A stretch of DNA of 64,000 nucleotides, taken from Mesotaenium endlicherianum (Eukaryota). How positions within the stretch are numbered: the stretch's first letter is position 1; each line of letters opens with the position of its first letter. The notes under the pieces were generated by a model. The model worked only from the letters and a program-made list of their open reading frames with translations. It was not told the DNA's origin and did no database searches. Below, one piece after another: positions 52,201-64,000 of this stretch. Location: NCBI GenBank assembly GCA_009602735.1, contig WELA01001462.1, positions 238,895 to 302,894 on the forward strand, given 5' to 3'. The position numbers and the translations under genes were made by a program.

Positions 52201-52761
52201 CGGCAGGGCCAGCTGCTGGTATAGAAACGACAGTTGGGACAGCTACATTGCCCGCAGGTGGAGTAGTACGAATCAGGAACGGTTTGCTATCCTCATATTG
52301 TGTCAGGGCGTCTTCACTCAGGTAGTTGGGTAGCATAAGAAACAAGTCATCACTAGTGACTATCGTTACGGGACCGCAATATTGCATAGGATGCTTTCAG
52401 CCTGGAACACAACGTGTGCAAAGTCATCCCAGATGGTCTCCCAGAGAGGAGCTGGTGAAACACTCCTCCCATGTCTGACGTCATTTCGTCTTTTACAGAA
52501 TGGGGATCGGTATTCTCTCCAAGTGCTTCTCCTTTGGTGCTACATTCGGTGTCGTAAGGGCTGAGAAGGGCAGGATCATGGATTTTTACTTCGGTTACTG
52601 TTTCAACAGCAAGCTGTAGGGGCCTGAACACTACCCCACTCCGTGTGCGACTGGGTTCGAAAAGCATACAACTTAGAGAGTAGCCCGTGGCACCTCCTTA
52701 GGACGGCCAAACTTGTAGAAGAGTGCTATGGTTAGCAGACCAACCCACAGTCCATTCACAC

Positions 52762-53482
52762 TGAAATGAATCGACTTACCAAATAGACGATTAACAATTA
52801 ATAAAGATCTTTATATCAACAAGTAATCTTTATGGTATTTTCCGTTAACTGGTTAAACGGCAAAGGACAACACACTAGCAGTGAATAATACTTGTAAGTC
52901 AAATGCGAGTAAACTAGCATCAATAATGCAAATCAGTAAACTCATACATAAGCAAGGTTAGAAGACAGTGCGTATCAATGGCTTCTCGCCTTGGATTCAG
53001 ATCTCTCTCAGTAAGCTGTACAAGAGAGTTGGCCTCGTTTCCGAATGCCGAACTCGAGAGCAATGCCTAGCATATGTACAAGGAATGAGTTTACTGTTCA
53101 ACGGCCAGTGCGATGGCACCGCCTACCCGGGACTTAACCACGTTGGTAGGACCTCGGTTTACCAAATCCACCGCCATCTCACATCATCCCGAATAGCCAT
53201 CCACCATAGGGATGTCATCTGGCCATTCATCTAGCATATCGCACTTAGATGCATATCAAGGCAGTTCGCTGCTACCGAGTACGGAAGTCAGCTGGCTGTC
53301 AAAGAATGTGTCAGCAAGCTGACTTAAATGGACTTCAGCCTCCTGCTTCCGGCTGAGTCATTAAACTGGTATTAAATATCAAATCCAGCAGAGTGATTAA
53401 TAACTAGTGTTCAGCAGGCTGAACTAAATTAACTATTATATTTAAATGAATATTATATCTACTAATATACTCATTCATTACA
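52762..53482 (-). mobile_element. Solo LTR of family A
   Basis: TGAAATGAATCGAC..TTCATTACA homologous to the A LTRs; 5-bp TSD CACAC on both sides. Confidence 0.92.
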
Positions 53483-53505
53483 CACACACTGAGGACTTAG
53501 CTTTG

Positions 53506-54307
53506 TATGAGACGAGTCTGTGGTCTGGGTCGACTAGGTTAGCGAGTAGACTAGATTGTTATGGCTGCTATGTTACTCGTTAGTTGGAGATAGGGAGAGA
53601 ACGTAAGCGGTAGAGGATCAGGAAGAGAATTGTCCTGATTCAGACACGGGAGCATGAGAGATTCAGGGCAAAGCGTGGATAAAAATCGGAAAGTGTGATC
53701 CTTAGAGTAACTTCAGACATACAAAGTTGAGTGCTAGAATCAGCATTGCCAAATAGTATAAGTACTAGCGAATATAAGACCCAGGCGGCTGGTTGCTCTT
53801 ACTCTCTCTCACACACTGCCTCGATCTCTCTAGGCTAAGCTGAAAGCATATTGGCGAAAGCGCGTGAAATGGAAAGCGTGTGCAGTAGAAGATAAAAGTA
53901 AGCGGCGTTGCAGGAAATGAGTTGTCAGCCACGAGAAGGTGTGGCGCGGACTCGTGCTATACTCCTTATCTTTGGGACGAACCTCCCAAGCATTATGATC
54001 GGTCCCCTATCCCACCCGCTAACTAATGACCAGGTCAGCCGGTGGAATCTGGGATGAGACGGTGAGCCCATGTTGCCCCACGACTCGCGGTGGCGAGGCG
54101 CGTGTGTGGGCCGGTGGGCACCATTAGTTCAGAGGGCTCCTCATGGCAACTCAAAAGCGACCTCATGAGGGGACTAGGGACTCAACACAACTCAGACCCA
54201 GACTCTCCTAGCTGCCCGGTCCTCACCTACCAACCCACCCCCCCAAGGATGCAAGTACTGATAGGTTCCTCGACAAGAAGCAGCAAGCGACAAGCAACCA
54301 CCTGACA
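53506..54307. repeat. LTR-like repeat family C, right copy
   Basis: Direct repeat of the split left copy; the near-identical 71-aa ORFs at 43546 and 54090 reflect this. Confidence 0.85.
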
Positions 54308-55972
54308 AACTCAACCACAACACATAAGCTCATACACGACACTGAGGAGCACTTTCTTACTCACGGCTCAACTCTTTTCTCTTATTCTCAAGTGTACCCT
54401 TACATCGCCTCTGCGCCTCCCTATCTACACTCACAATGGCGGCTGCCTACCTACCTTAAACACATCGACAATCTTAGTCACCCAAACCCTACATTTCGAT
54501 ACACACTTACTCCAACGTCTGACTAGAATTGACCGACCACACACAGACACATCGATTGTCACACATGTGTACACAAGTGTTAAGAAGATGGAGCTAGAAT
54601 TGCTTATTTTGTATACCCCTTCTCAGTTCCTACTCTATTTATATATTTTCTCTTTAAATTCAACCATGTCTGTACATCATTGGCGCTTTACTTTAAGGAC
54701 TGTCTTTGTTTAGGCATCAGCCACCATCTTATCAAATCTCACGTACTTAAACTCCACACTGGCCAATGGACCATGGCTGAGATGGCCTACCCTCTCAGCA
54801 TTGGCTGACTTGGCATCAGCAGAGATGGCTCTCGCGTCAACTCTTGCCTGACTCAGTAGCTGCTGACATGGTCCCCACTTTAGCTCTGCCTAACTTGGCA
54901 GCTGCTAGCGTGGACCTTGCGGGTTTTTGGTGGGGTCAACCTTATAGCTGACATTCTGTCAATCCCCACCCATCGTTGGATTTCGGGTTTGATGGTCGCA
55001 GTAAGAACTCACGTGTGGCTGACTCGTTGTTTTTCAACACTAAATTGTAACAACAGGTCTGGTCGGTGAGTCAGCGAGGACCGTCTGGACATGAGTCTGC
55101 CGCGACTTCCGCCACGCTTGTCGCACCACCCATTAGGGAGCAGTCGCGACAATGGGTCAGTCACCTTGAGTCAAATTCGAGTGAAATCGGCAGGAAATCG
55201 GTAGAAATCGGGGCAGCCTGGGCCAACCCAACCTGAGCCCAACTACTCTGGTTCACTTTGGTTTGCTTTGGTTGGTCGAGGAGTGTGCCTTTTGGTCGTT
55301 TAAGAGACAACTACAAGTTGATTGGATCTAATTCCTTTGTGATGGTCAACGGGCAGCAACTAACTTGCTGCAACTGGCAGCTTTTATTATTCATGTTGCA
55401 TGATGTTGCAACCCTGTTGCAACCCATGCTCCTAGATTAACGTTCCTGTGGTATCATGTCATAAAAGCCGTGGTGACGTGGGTGTCAACAGCTCTTTGAA
55501 AGTGTTTGAAGCGCACCAATTAATTCGTTTACCATTAAAGACTAATTGAACCTTCGAAAGACGGGAAATGTTTAAAAGCTTGTCTGAGAGCGTGCATGGG
55601 CCAGCGCTGACCATGTCCTCTGACGTCCACAATCGTCCGTATATTCCGTATGTTATGATAAAGCGGTAAATGCATGTAAATGCCCGCTTTTGAGACAAGC
55701 GTGAGCAAGCGCGAAGACTCGCAAGAAACCACAAGAAGCGAAGAGTATCCACAACCATCAAGAACTAGTATATATCAACGCTAGTTGATGCGTGCGTGGG
55801 TGGAGTACGGTATTCGTACACAAGTTTTACACCTGGTTGGCAAATTTGGAGCTGTGGATAAGAGCAGCAGCTAGTTGTGTTTTTGGTTTGCTCTCAACTG
55901 CCTCATAGCAACTATGATGAGCAAAGTAGCGTTGCGTGTTCCTCGAGAAACTCGGCAAGCTTCATAGCGGAT

Positions 55973-58900
55973 ATGAAAAGAGGGTCTGACCGTGCACCCC
56001 AGGTGCTCTCTCAAGCGACTAGGAATGCAAGCGAAGTAAATGTGCTGCAGGATGACATCACATCGGCTCTGACAGGCATAGAATTACTTCCGCCAGAGGT
56101 TATCAGTCTCATATTGCTGAAGCTTGATAATCTGCCCAGTGTAGATAGACTTCAAGCTCTGCGTGTTTGCAAGAGATGGAGAGCAGCAGCTTTATCTGAG
56201 CCCAGGCTGTGGAAATTCTTAGACTTCAGCAGATTTTCCAAAGTAAAGGCAAGTATCTGCATGATCCAATATGCCCATGTACGTTGATTGCTGAAGTGGC
56301 CTCGTGAAGGACTGTCGCCCGTACTATTGCCGCATGTATCTTCTAGCCTGATCGTGACCACTTATTATGTGAGAAATAAATCTTGAACTTTGAAGGTGAA
56401 TGTACTGGCATTGCCATGTGTGGTTTCACCGGCATCTTATCCATCAGACGTGGAGCATTGTATAAAATCTTCATGCAATATGAAGCACATTGAAGCTCCT
56501 CTCACAGAGGCTCTGCTCTCCGCTCGTGTTGTTGCACAAGTTAAGTTCACGGGCCAGGCTGAGGCTGGACACCTTCAGTCTACTTTGGTCTCTCCTGTAA
56601 GCAGTCATGAAGCAAGCAGCTGCACGTTCTTAGTCTTGCTTCGCTCCATGCAATAAGAGGGCTCTTTTGCCAGATTCAAGCCTTCAATTGTGGTCAGATC
56701 CTGATGTATGTTAAGATGGCTTTACCCCCTCAAACTCTGCGAGTTTTCTACTCTTGTTTGAATGCATTGCTTCAATGATGACAGAATTTTGTGGGTAGCA
56801 CGTACTTGAGAGGGGAGATTACCCGAGGTTGAAGGCACAACTGTACCTACTTGCACTCAAACACAGCGAGTTCTGTCCTGCAGGATGCAGACGTTCTGCG
56901 GATTCTACCTCGTGCAAGAGGTGAGGCCTCTTGTCCTTCCAAATACTTCTGGCGTCCTGCCTGAAGTTGTGGCACTGCTTGGAGATGTTCCTGGAGCACG
57001 ATCCGTGTGTGGAATATACTCCTCAAGGACTGAGTTCTCTGGATCTGATGGTTATGCGGATCAAGAAATCGCTGTCTGCGTGTGGTGCGAGTACATGAGC
57101 TGGAGCTGAACAGGTGAGGTGCAGAAGAGTGGTCACCTGACCGAGTGTGAATGCGTGTCACGAAGGGTGTCCGCAGCTCTTCCTGTCATGTAGTTAGTGC
57201 CCATGGTTGCCCCGCACCGCCAAGAGACGTGCCTGCTCATCCTTCCCGCTCCTTTCATTTCGTATAGATGCCTTCCCTGGACTCCTGCTAGCGCTGGTCA
57301 GTTCAACCTCAGCCAGCAGAATGTGAGCTAACGTTCGAGTCACGTATGCTTAAAAGTCAGTTGAGGGTACTGCAAGGTGGATACGTTTACGGTCTGAATC
57401 TGTTCTTTTCGCGTTCGCATTGCTCTGGACTTGTGCTTCTTGGGGTCTTGAGCCAGTGGGTGTCTGCCACTTGCAGTGTATGGAGGAGATCCACCCCTTA
57501 ATTAGCAAACTCCCTTCATGTCTTCAGCAGCTCATATTTCCAACCGCTAGCATGCAAGCGACAGCTCACTAACCCATGAGAATGTAGCACCTAGTCTCTT
57601 TCCAACTCTTCACAAGCATCTCGAAGCTGCGCATATGTGCTTGTGTGTGTGTGTGTGTGTGCACGCGGCGGGCGCTGAGTGAGTGCGCGAGTGCAGGGGG
57701 CGTGCGGTTGTGCTCCTTCCAGGGCTGCAGTCTGCTCACAGACGCCGCGCTGCACGGCCTGCACGCCTCGGCGCTGCTGGAGTACCTGCACGCAGGCGCC
57801 GCAGGCTTCTCAGGGAGGGCCCTGGTGACGCTGCTGGCGCAGCTCAAGGTTGCGAAAGCGCAGCCCCAGCCAGCAGCGGCGACTGCCTCCTTGTTGTCGT
57901 CGTCGTCGGAGCTCCTGGCGATGGCGGCGCTGGAGAGGGAGTTTCTGCGAGTGCAGTGCAGGAGCCTGTACAGCGAGGAAGGGGCCCTGGTGGCGGAGGA
58001 GAGGGCGCCCAGCCAGGCGCGCTCCAGCCTGGGCCACGACCGCTTCCGCTCGCGCCGCCGCGGGAGGGTGTTTGGCAGCCGCCACCTGGAGGGGGCGGGG
58101 GGGCACAATTGGCGCGCGCAGGCCAGCCAAGACGGCGCCGGTCAGGCACGCCCGGGCCTCCAGCCGGAAGGGGGTGAAGCTCAAAGAGCAGCAGCAGCAG
58201 CAGCGGCAGCTGCGTCAGGCGAGCATGATGAGCCTGTCAGCCCGGCGCAGGGATCTGACCCACACCGCCCGAGAGGGGGAGGAGGAGGAGGGGGTCCCGT
58301 TGGGGAGGCTGGAGAGGTTAGAGGAGGAGGAGGAGAGAGAGGAGAGGGCGCGGGGGCTGACGTGCTAAGAGTAGTGGTGGGAGCCCTTGGAGGCTCATTC
58401 CGGGGGGTGGGAGTGGGGCTGGCGTCCCCGTCCTCTCTGGCGGCGCTGTCTGCCTCTCTCCGCTTCGAGGCAGGGGATCCTCAGGTGGGCTGTCTGTCTG
58501 TCTGGCTGTGACAATGCTCTCTTGTTGGTCTCTGTAGCCAGTCGAGTTCCTCATCCTCCCGCCCTTGCCAGCAGACATGTCAAAGACGAGCAGCAAGCCG
58601 CTCAAGGAGGCATCGTGAAATACAGTATGAGGCGTAGAGTCTCCATCATAGGGGCAGCGATGCAACCAACTGCCAGCATGTTGCTTGAAGCCGAGAGCGG
58701 AGTCTTGTTGTATCTGCGGCGTCTCCCCAGCGCTGCCCTGTCCGTCTCTGCCTCCCTCCCTCCGTCCCTCCCTCCCTGCCTCCCTCATTGCTGCCAAGAC
58801 ATGTGGGGGGGCAGACGCACTCATTAGCAGGGAGGGCTGGCCGTGGTGGCCGTTCCTTTTTTCTGCGAGGGTTGTGCAGCCGGCGGGTGGTGGTGCTCTG

Positions 58901-60498
58901 AGCCGCCAGAAGGCCAAGGGCTCCAGGTGGTCCATCCGAGGCTTGCTGCTATCTGCCAAGGATGACGCCGACGACGATAACCCCCACCGGCGGCAGATGG
59001 ACCTTCTCCAGCAGCAGCTGGAGCTGGGTGCCCGGGTGCAGACTGACGAGGAGGACACCTCCTACATGTTTGCCTCGGACGGGGAGGAAGAGCTGGGCGA
59101 GGACAGGGCCGGCGAGAGCGAGGCTGACGGAGAAGGAGAGGGGGAGGAGGAGGAGGAGGCCGAGGGGGCAGGGGTTAGTGGCAGGACACGAGCGGCGAGC
59201 GAGGGTGGCAGGCCTGCTGTTAGCGGGACTGGCGGGGACGAGCAGCCAGACAGCGGGGGAAGCAGGCCTCCTTTGGCGGTGGACGAGGGGACCGTTGACC
59301 TGGGCTGCAGCGCAGGAGCGGATCACAAGGAGGAGGAGCAAGCCCGCAGCAGGTACCATTTGAAGGGCAAGGCCGCCTCACAGGAGGCATCTCCTTCGGG
59401 TGATGCATCCGATAGCAACAAGCAGGAGGGGCCAATAGATGCAGAGGCAGCGCATAGCTCGCCGCAACTCCCCTCCCATCACCACCTTGATCGTCGTTGG
59501 CAGCGGGCAGGTGTCGCCGGTCCCAGCCGTTGCGGCTGCAGTGGGAGCTCCTCCCGGCCCCCCCCTGCCCGGGCAGCTGCTTGGAATGAGGGCACGGTAG
59601 ATGCGCATGCAGAGGAGGAGGAGGAGGAGGAAGATACCTTCAGAGGCTCATCTCTGTATGAGGCGATCCTGGTGCAGCAGCAACAAGAAGCAGCCACCTC
59701 ACTAAGGTACGCCGGGAAGGAGGAAAGGCAGTGCCCGCCTGTCAGCTGCTGCTGTGAGACCACACCATTCAAATGACGCGGCTAAGCACCCGTCTTGCTG
59801 AGCAACCTGCTGAGGGAATGAGCCAGTGAGACAGAGTCCAGCAGTGAGTGGAGGTGACGCGGAGGGTTTCGGAGTGCAGGTGCATGCTGTTGCTGCTGCA
59901 GCAATGGTTGCACGTGGTGCTTGTGAGTTGTTGTCTTTGAGTTCTACTCTTCTTTGCTACACAGGCAGGGCAACAGAGATGATTGTATTGCAAGCAATTC
60001 AAGAGCTTCAGTTCAGGTGTAGAACCCCACCCCCCCCCCCCATCTCCCTTGGCAGCAGCGGCACATGCACCAATGAGCTCGCAAGCTGCTCGTGGGAGGA
60101 GCGCAGGCTGTGACTCTGCAACCAGCGACTCTGGGAAGTTGTTCCCCTGAGAGTGAGGGTGGATGTGTACGTGCATGCATGCGCACAGGAGGGTGTTTGC
60201 ATGTGCGGAGGATCTCGCGTGCACTGCGCTGCAGTCATGATGTATTCGGGAACAAGCTCGAGGGGAGAGAGGGGGAGGGAGGTAGGAGGAGATTGTTGGC
60301 CTCAGGAGCAGTGTCCGTCAAGGGACTCCGCCGCAGCAGAAGCCGGGCAGGCTCTCCCGTCCTGGCAGGGGGCCTGCCCCGTTGCAGGACGAGGGAGAAG
60401 TACGCATATGTGCCTGTGCACGAATGTCTGCGTGTGTGCACGTGTTCATGTATCTGTGTGTGCGTGTACTTTTGTGTGCGTGTGTTTGCGTGTGCTCA

Positions 60499-60532
<34 letters not shown>

Positions 60533-61863
60533 CGTGTGCATTTGTGTGTGTGAGTGCGTATGTGCATGAGTGTGGGCGTGTAACGCAGGAAGGGGAAGCC
60601 CACGGTGGTGCACGCAATGCAGCGCCTGTGGCTGGAGGGCAGCAAGCACGTGGACGCACACGCCCTGGAGCTCATGTGGCCCCTGGTGGCGTGGCTGGAC
60701 TCGGGCGTGTGCCAGGACTGCCACCAAGTGCGCATCGTGCATCAGTGCCTGGAGTGTGACGGCGCCTTCTGCTCCAGCTGCCGGGAGTCGGCTCAGGTTG
60801 CTCATTCACGCGCGCATGCACTCACGCTCCATCGCATGGCCACCCCCGGATTAAGAAGTGGTCTTGAGCTACTGCGCCTGCGGTGCTCCAGTATGGTGCT
60901 CAATGAAGATTCTCATGTGTATTTGCCAGTGGCGTACTGCCGTACACACGCACTCACGCATGCACATATACACGCACGCACAAACAAGTGTAAGTGTAGC
61001 TACTGTGTAGATGTGTGTGAGTGTGCTTGAGTGCCTCGTTATGTGCAGCAAAGGAGCGGCTTGATAAGTAACTTTCCGCACTATCTAGAGCGTCAGGCAC
61101 GGTGACTTTGGCCCTCTAATGAGTGGGTGTGACTTTGTGGAAGATCTGGTCCAACGTTGTACCTCTTGGTGTGCGGACCACGAATTTGACTGTGGCGGTT
61201 GACGTATGGGGGCCACCCTTGCGCAGTGCACGGAGTGCAAGACCATCTCGTGCCGCAGGACGCCTTGCTCTCAGCCTGCCAGCTGTGCCACGTGTGAGAA
61301 GCACTACTGCAACAACTGCCGCCCCGTCTGGTGAGGTCCTGCCTTCCTTGCTGGCCTCTGCTGCAGCAGGCTTGGCATGTTTCCCGGGTCATGGACACCG
61401 ACACACGAGTAGAACCTACCACAACGCACGCCACATACAGGACAGTCTCTGGAGCTGACGTGGGATCCCTTCTGCCGCGCAAGACGTCGTGGCTTATGCT
61501 GCCCTTTGCATAATATCTTCCTTTGCGCTGGGCTTTGGTTGGTTGAAGCCTGCTCGCCTTTCCTTGGACGTCATTCCAACTGGGTGCGTGCGTACTCTGC
61601 TGTTCCCCGGGGGGCCTGTTAACGGGCCCCTCTTCGGAGGAGGCAGCGCCATTGTTCGCTGCTGATGATCCGCTAACAGCGTAGGGCTTGAGCTGTGGGT
61701 CGCGGGTGCGGGTGGCAGGGAGTGCGAGAAGTGCTGCACGTCCTACTGCGAGGAACACCTGCAGCTCACGCAGTTCTGTGGCTTCGGGCTCTTCTACTGC
61801 GAAAAGTGTGCTGCGGGCATCCGAAGGAAGAGCCCCATCTGGTCCTGCATCGGCTGCGCTTAG
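55973..61863 (+). CDS. F-box protein with LRR-like middle and Cys-rich C-terminus (SKIP14/SKIP28-like), multi-exon; start codon uncertain
   Basis: F-box LLPPEVISLILLKL..ALRVCKRWRAAA..LW (56080-56220); GCSLLTDAAL (57723); RLWLEGSKHV..CQDC..CLECDGAFCSSC; exons 61227-61330 CTEC..CATCEKHYCNNC and 61719-61863 CEKC..CEKC..CIGCA*. Confidence 0.75.
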
Positions 61864-63197
61864 CGCTCCGTATGTTGCCGGCGCACACGATGTGTAAGAC
61901 ACGCAAGGATGGCCCACGGGTCCTGTGGACGTAGTCGAGCTTTGTTCTGCGCATCTTCTTGACTTAGGCGTGGGCATGTGACGTTACCTTGCTCGATGTC
62001 TGACACCTGCTCCCACATGCCTCCATATTAGGACTCGATAAGGTCCAAAAGAACTGATCGACAGCCTTACTGATTCCATCAAACTTTGTGCTCGGTAGTC
62101 TTTGAAAGGCACATGCAAATGACGGGAGATTTATTGCATTGGCGCAGTTATAAATGCCATCTCCCGCTACTTATCTGTTTTATAGTCACAGTTGTGGATG
62201 CTTCACAATGTACACAACACACACACAAAAACCAGATGGCCTTTTGAGGACATTGAGGTAGTTTTCAGCGCCGCGTGCGGCGGGTTTATTGATGAGATTT
62301 GAGGCACCTTCTCCTGACCTAACATCAAGGACCAAGCAAGAAAAAATATGACAAATGCTCCGTAAGTTCCACACGTGCTGAAGTCGCCATGTATACTTCT
62401 TTCTCACGCCTGAAGCAGGCCACTCCACAACTTCCGGAGCTTTCTGAAGCATCCCATCACTTTTTCTCTCGGGTCTACGGTTCCTCTTCAGGGGGGTTCC
62501 TGGTTGAAGTTTTCAGAGCCATCTGAGCTCTTTGGCCACTTTCCATTGAAAGCCATACTGAACTATCTTCTCTTGTTTCTCCCTCGTTCTTGTCTAAGCA
62601 CACAATGATCTCAAATATGCACAGAACTAAATGGCCATGTTGGAGACAGGAAATTACAGCTAAAACTTATTGACACGTGGTTCAACCTGAAAGATGATTC
62701 TTAGAAACGTCGTGCTTTACTCCCTCAGACGCAAACTGGCTCAGCAATACAACTATTCTTTCCCGCCAGTTTCTCCGATCCTCAGAGCCCCCCGGCGCAT
62801 AGCAAGCGTGAAAACCGTTTCTTTCTTTGAGATGGGGTTGTCACAGAGGACATGGAACCAATGTACTCATATTTAGAACAATTTATTTCAGCCCTCCAAG
62901 TGCTTCGTCGAAGGAATGTACGAGAACCAGCAGCCCTAATGCCTGCACTGCCAGTAAACTTCCACGACTTACAAGCGAGTGCAAGGAAGCTTTGTATGCC
63001 GCAGGCACGTGGCCGTCGCTGACCCTGTGAACCTACTTACTACAGCAATGGTGCACAAGAGCCGCTGCATTCAATTCATTTAATGCCCTTACCAGAACGG
63101 AAGCGGGAGCCAACGTCTCCAGGTGCCTGTGAGCAGCCTTTGAGCCAAGTAGCGGATGTGGGGCAGGAGGACAAGAGTCCCAAGAACGATACGACTG

Positions 63198-64000
63198 TCA
63201 GCAGTAGTGCTTCAGACGAGCGGCGTCAGACTCCAAGGCCTTCATCACCCGCCTCAGCACAGCCCCCACCCGTTCCTCCGAGAGAGTAACGTTCTGGTTG
63301 CTGAGGTAGATGGCCCCCATGACATCCCAGCCCTTGGCCCAGATGGAGTCGGGGTCCGTGAGCACGGGGTCATCGGCCGCGTAGATTTTACTCAGGGTGC
63401 TCTCCTGGACTGTGATGTTGTAAGCCACGTAGTGGAGGCCGAGCTTCATGGCGGGGTTGCCATAGGCGTCCTTTGCTATTCGCTCCACGCCGAGGGGAAT
63501 CACCTGCACGCGTACAGATGAGGAAATGAGCACATGAAATGAGCACCAGCCAATTGTCAGGCCCTGAGTCTGCAGGTTGATAAGCAAGAAACAGAGGTAG
63601 AGAGGGGGCAGAAGGTAAGTAAATGATCGAGCGTGGACAGGCCAAGAGGGTCAGCAGCGGAAGCAGCACGCGAGCACGTGCCACCTGTCTGGCACAAGGC
63701 ATCATCCAGACGCGCACCTCTGCATCTCGTGAGGCCCACGTGGCACCAAGCTGGCACTGCTGGCACTTTGTTGTGCAGGAATGGCATGAGATTGTGTGCA
63801 GCAGAAGCGCAACGAACACCACAGGCAGAAAGGATAGCAGCGCGCACGCAGGGGGTGCTGCACGGTCAGGCGCAGCACTCAAACAGAGGAGCCCAGAGTC
63901 CACCAATCATAAGCAAGCATGCAGGAACTGGAGGGCCCAGCATGCGGACAAGACCCACCTGGATGAAGAAGGAGCCAGGGCGCATGAAGAGCAGGTGGGT
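63198..64000 (-). CDS. Glycosyltransferase family 61, last two exons (64000-63959, 63503-63198); gene extends past window end
   Basis: THLLFMRPGSFFIQ|VIPLG..YGNPAMKLGLHYVAYNITVQESTL..DPVLTDPDSI..GW..IYLSNQNV matches the plant GT61 C-terminus. Confidence 0.85.

Larger units (their letters stand above)
43987..52713 (-). mobile_element. Degenerate Ty3/gypsy element (family B) internal region: gag-protease-DNA methyltransferase-RT-RNaseH-integrase-PHD
   Basis: gag start MLFEPSRTRSG (52667); knuckle CNHCKRRGHVIADC (~51450); protease LDTGAQ (~49945); [29 protein letters not shown]; RNase H LHTDWS..SSYEGECLA; integrase EHFTKW..LTDQGSEF; PHD. Many stops and frameshifts. Confidence 0.92.

Noticed and set aside
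56243..56254. GC-AG intron donor (AAG|GCAAGT) in the F-box gene
   Set aside because: An in-phase GT donor lies 6 nt upstream; cannot be decided without transcripts.
61093..61977. 294-aa minus-strand ORF
   Set aside because: Antisense to the Cys-rich F-box exons, which have proper splice sites.

Overview
Eukaryotic nuclear DNA with spliceosomal GT-AG introns, intronic microsatellites and N gaps. The plant-type gene set (PNG1, CTPA3, a GT61 glycosyltransferase, a SKIP14-like F-box) suggests a streptophyte, plausibly a charophyte alga; this is inference. Left arm (1-28.5 kb): PNG1 (-), CMSS1/Cms1 (+), plastid protease CTPA3 (+), an MFSD5/MOT2-type transporter (+) and a one-intron, signal-peptide-bearing, bacterial-type agmatinase/ureohydrolase (-). 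Middle (about 30-55 kb): a nested transposon island. It holds a hAT-type non-autonomous element carrying a solo LTR with tRNA-like sequences, a full-length degenerate chromovirus (Ty3/gypsy) with an extra 3' ORF and a captured foreign gag, and a second degenerate Ty3/gypsy element. The pol of that second element contains a C5 DNA cytosine methyltransferase domain between protease and RT, and a PHD finger after the integrase; this is the most striking system in the window. Right arm: an F-box/Cys-rich protein (+) and the 3' end of a GT61 glycosyltransferase (-). Family calls come from motif recognition by eye; no database searches were run.
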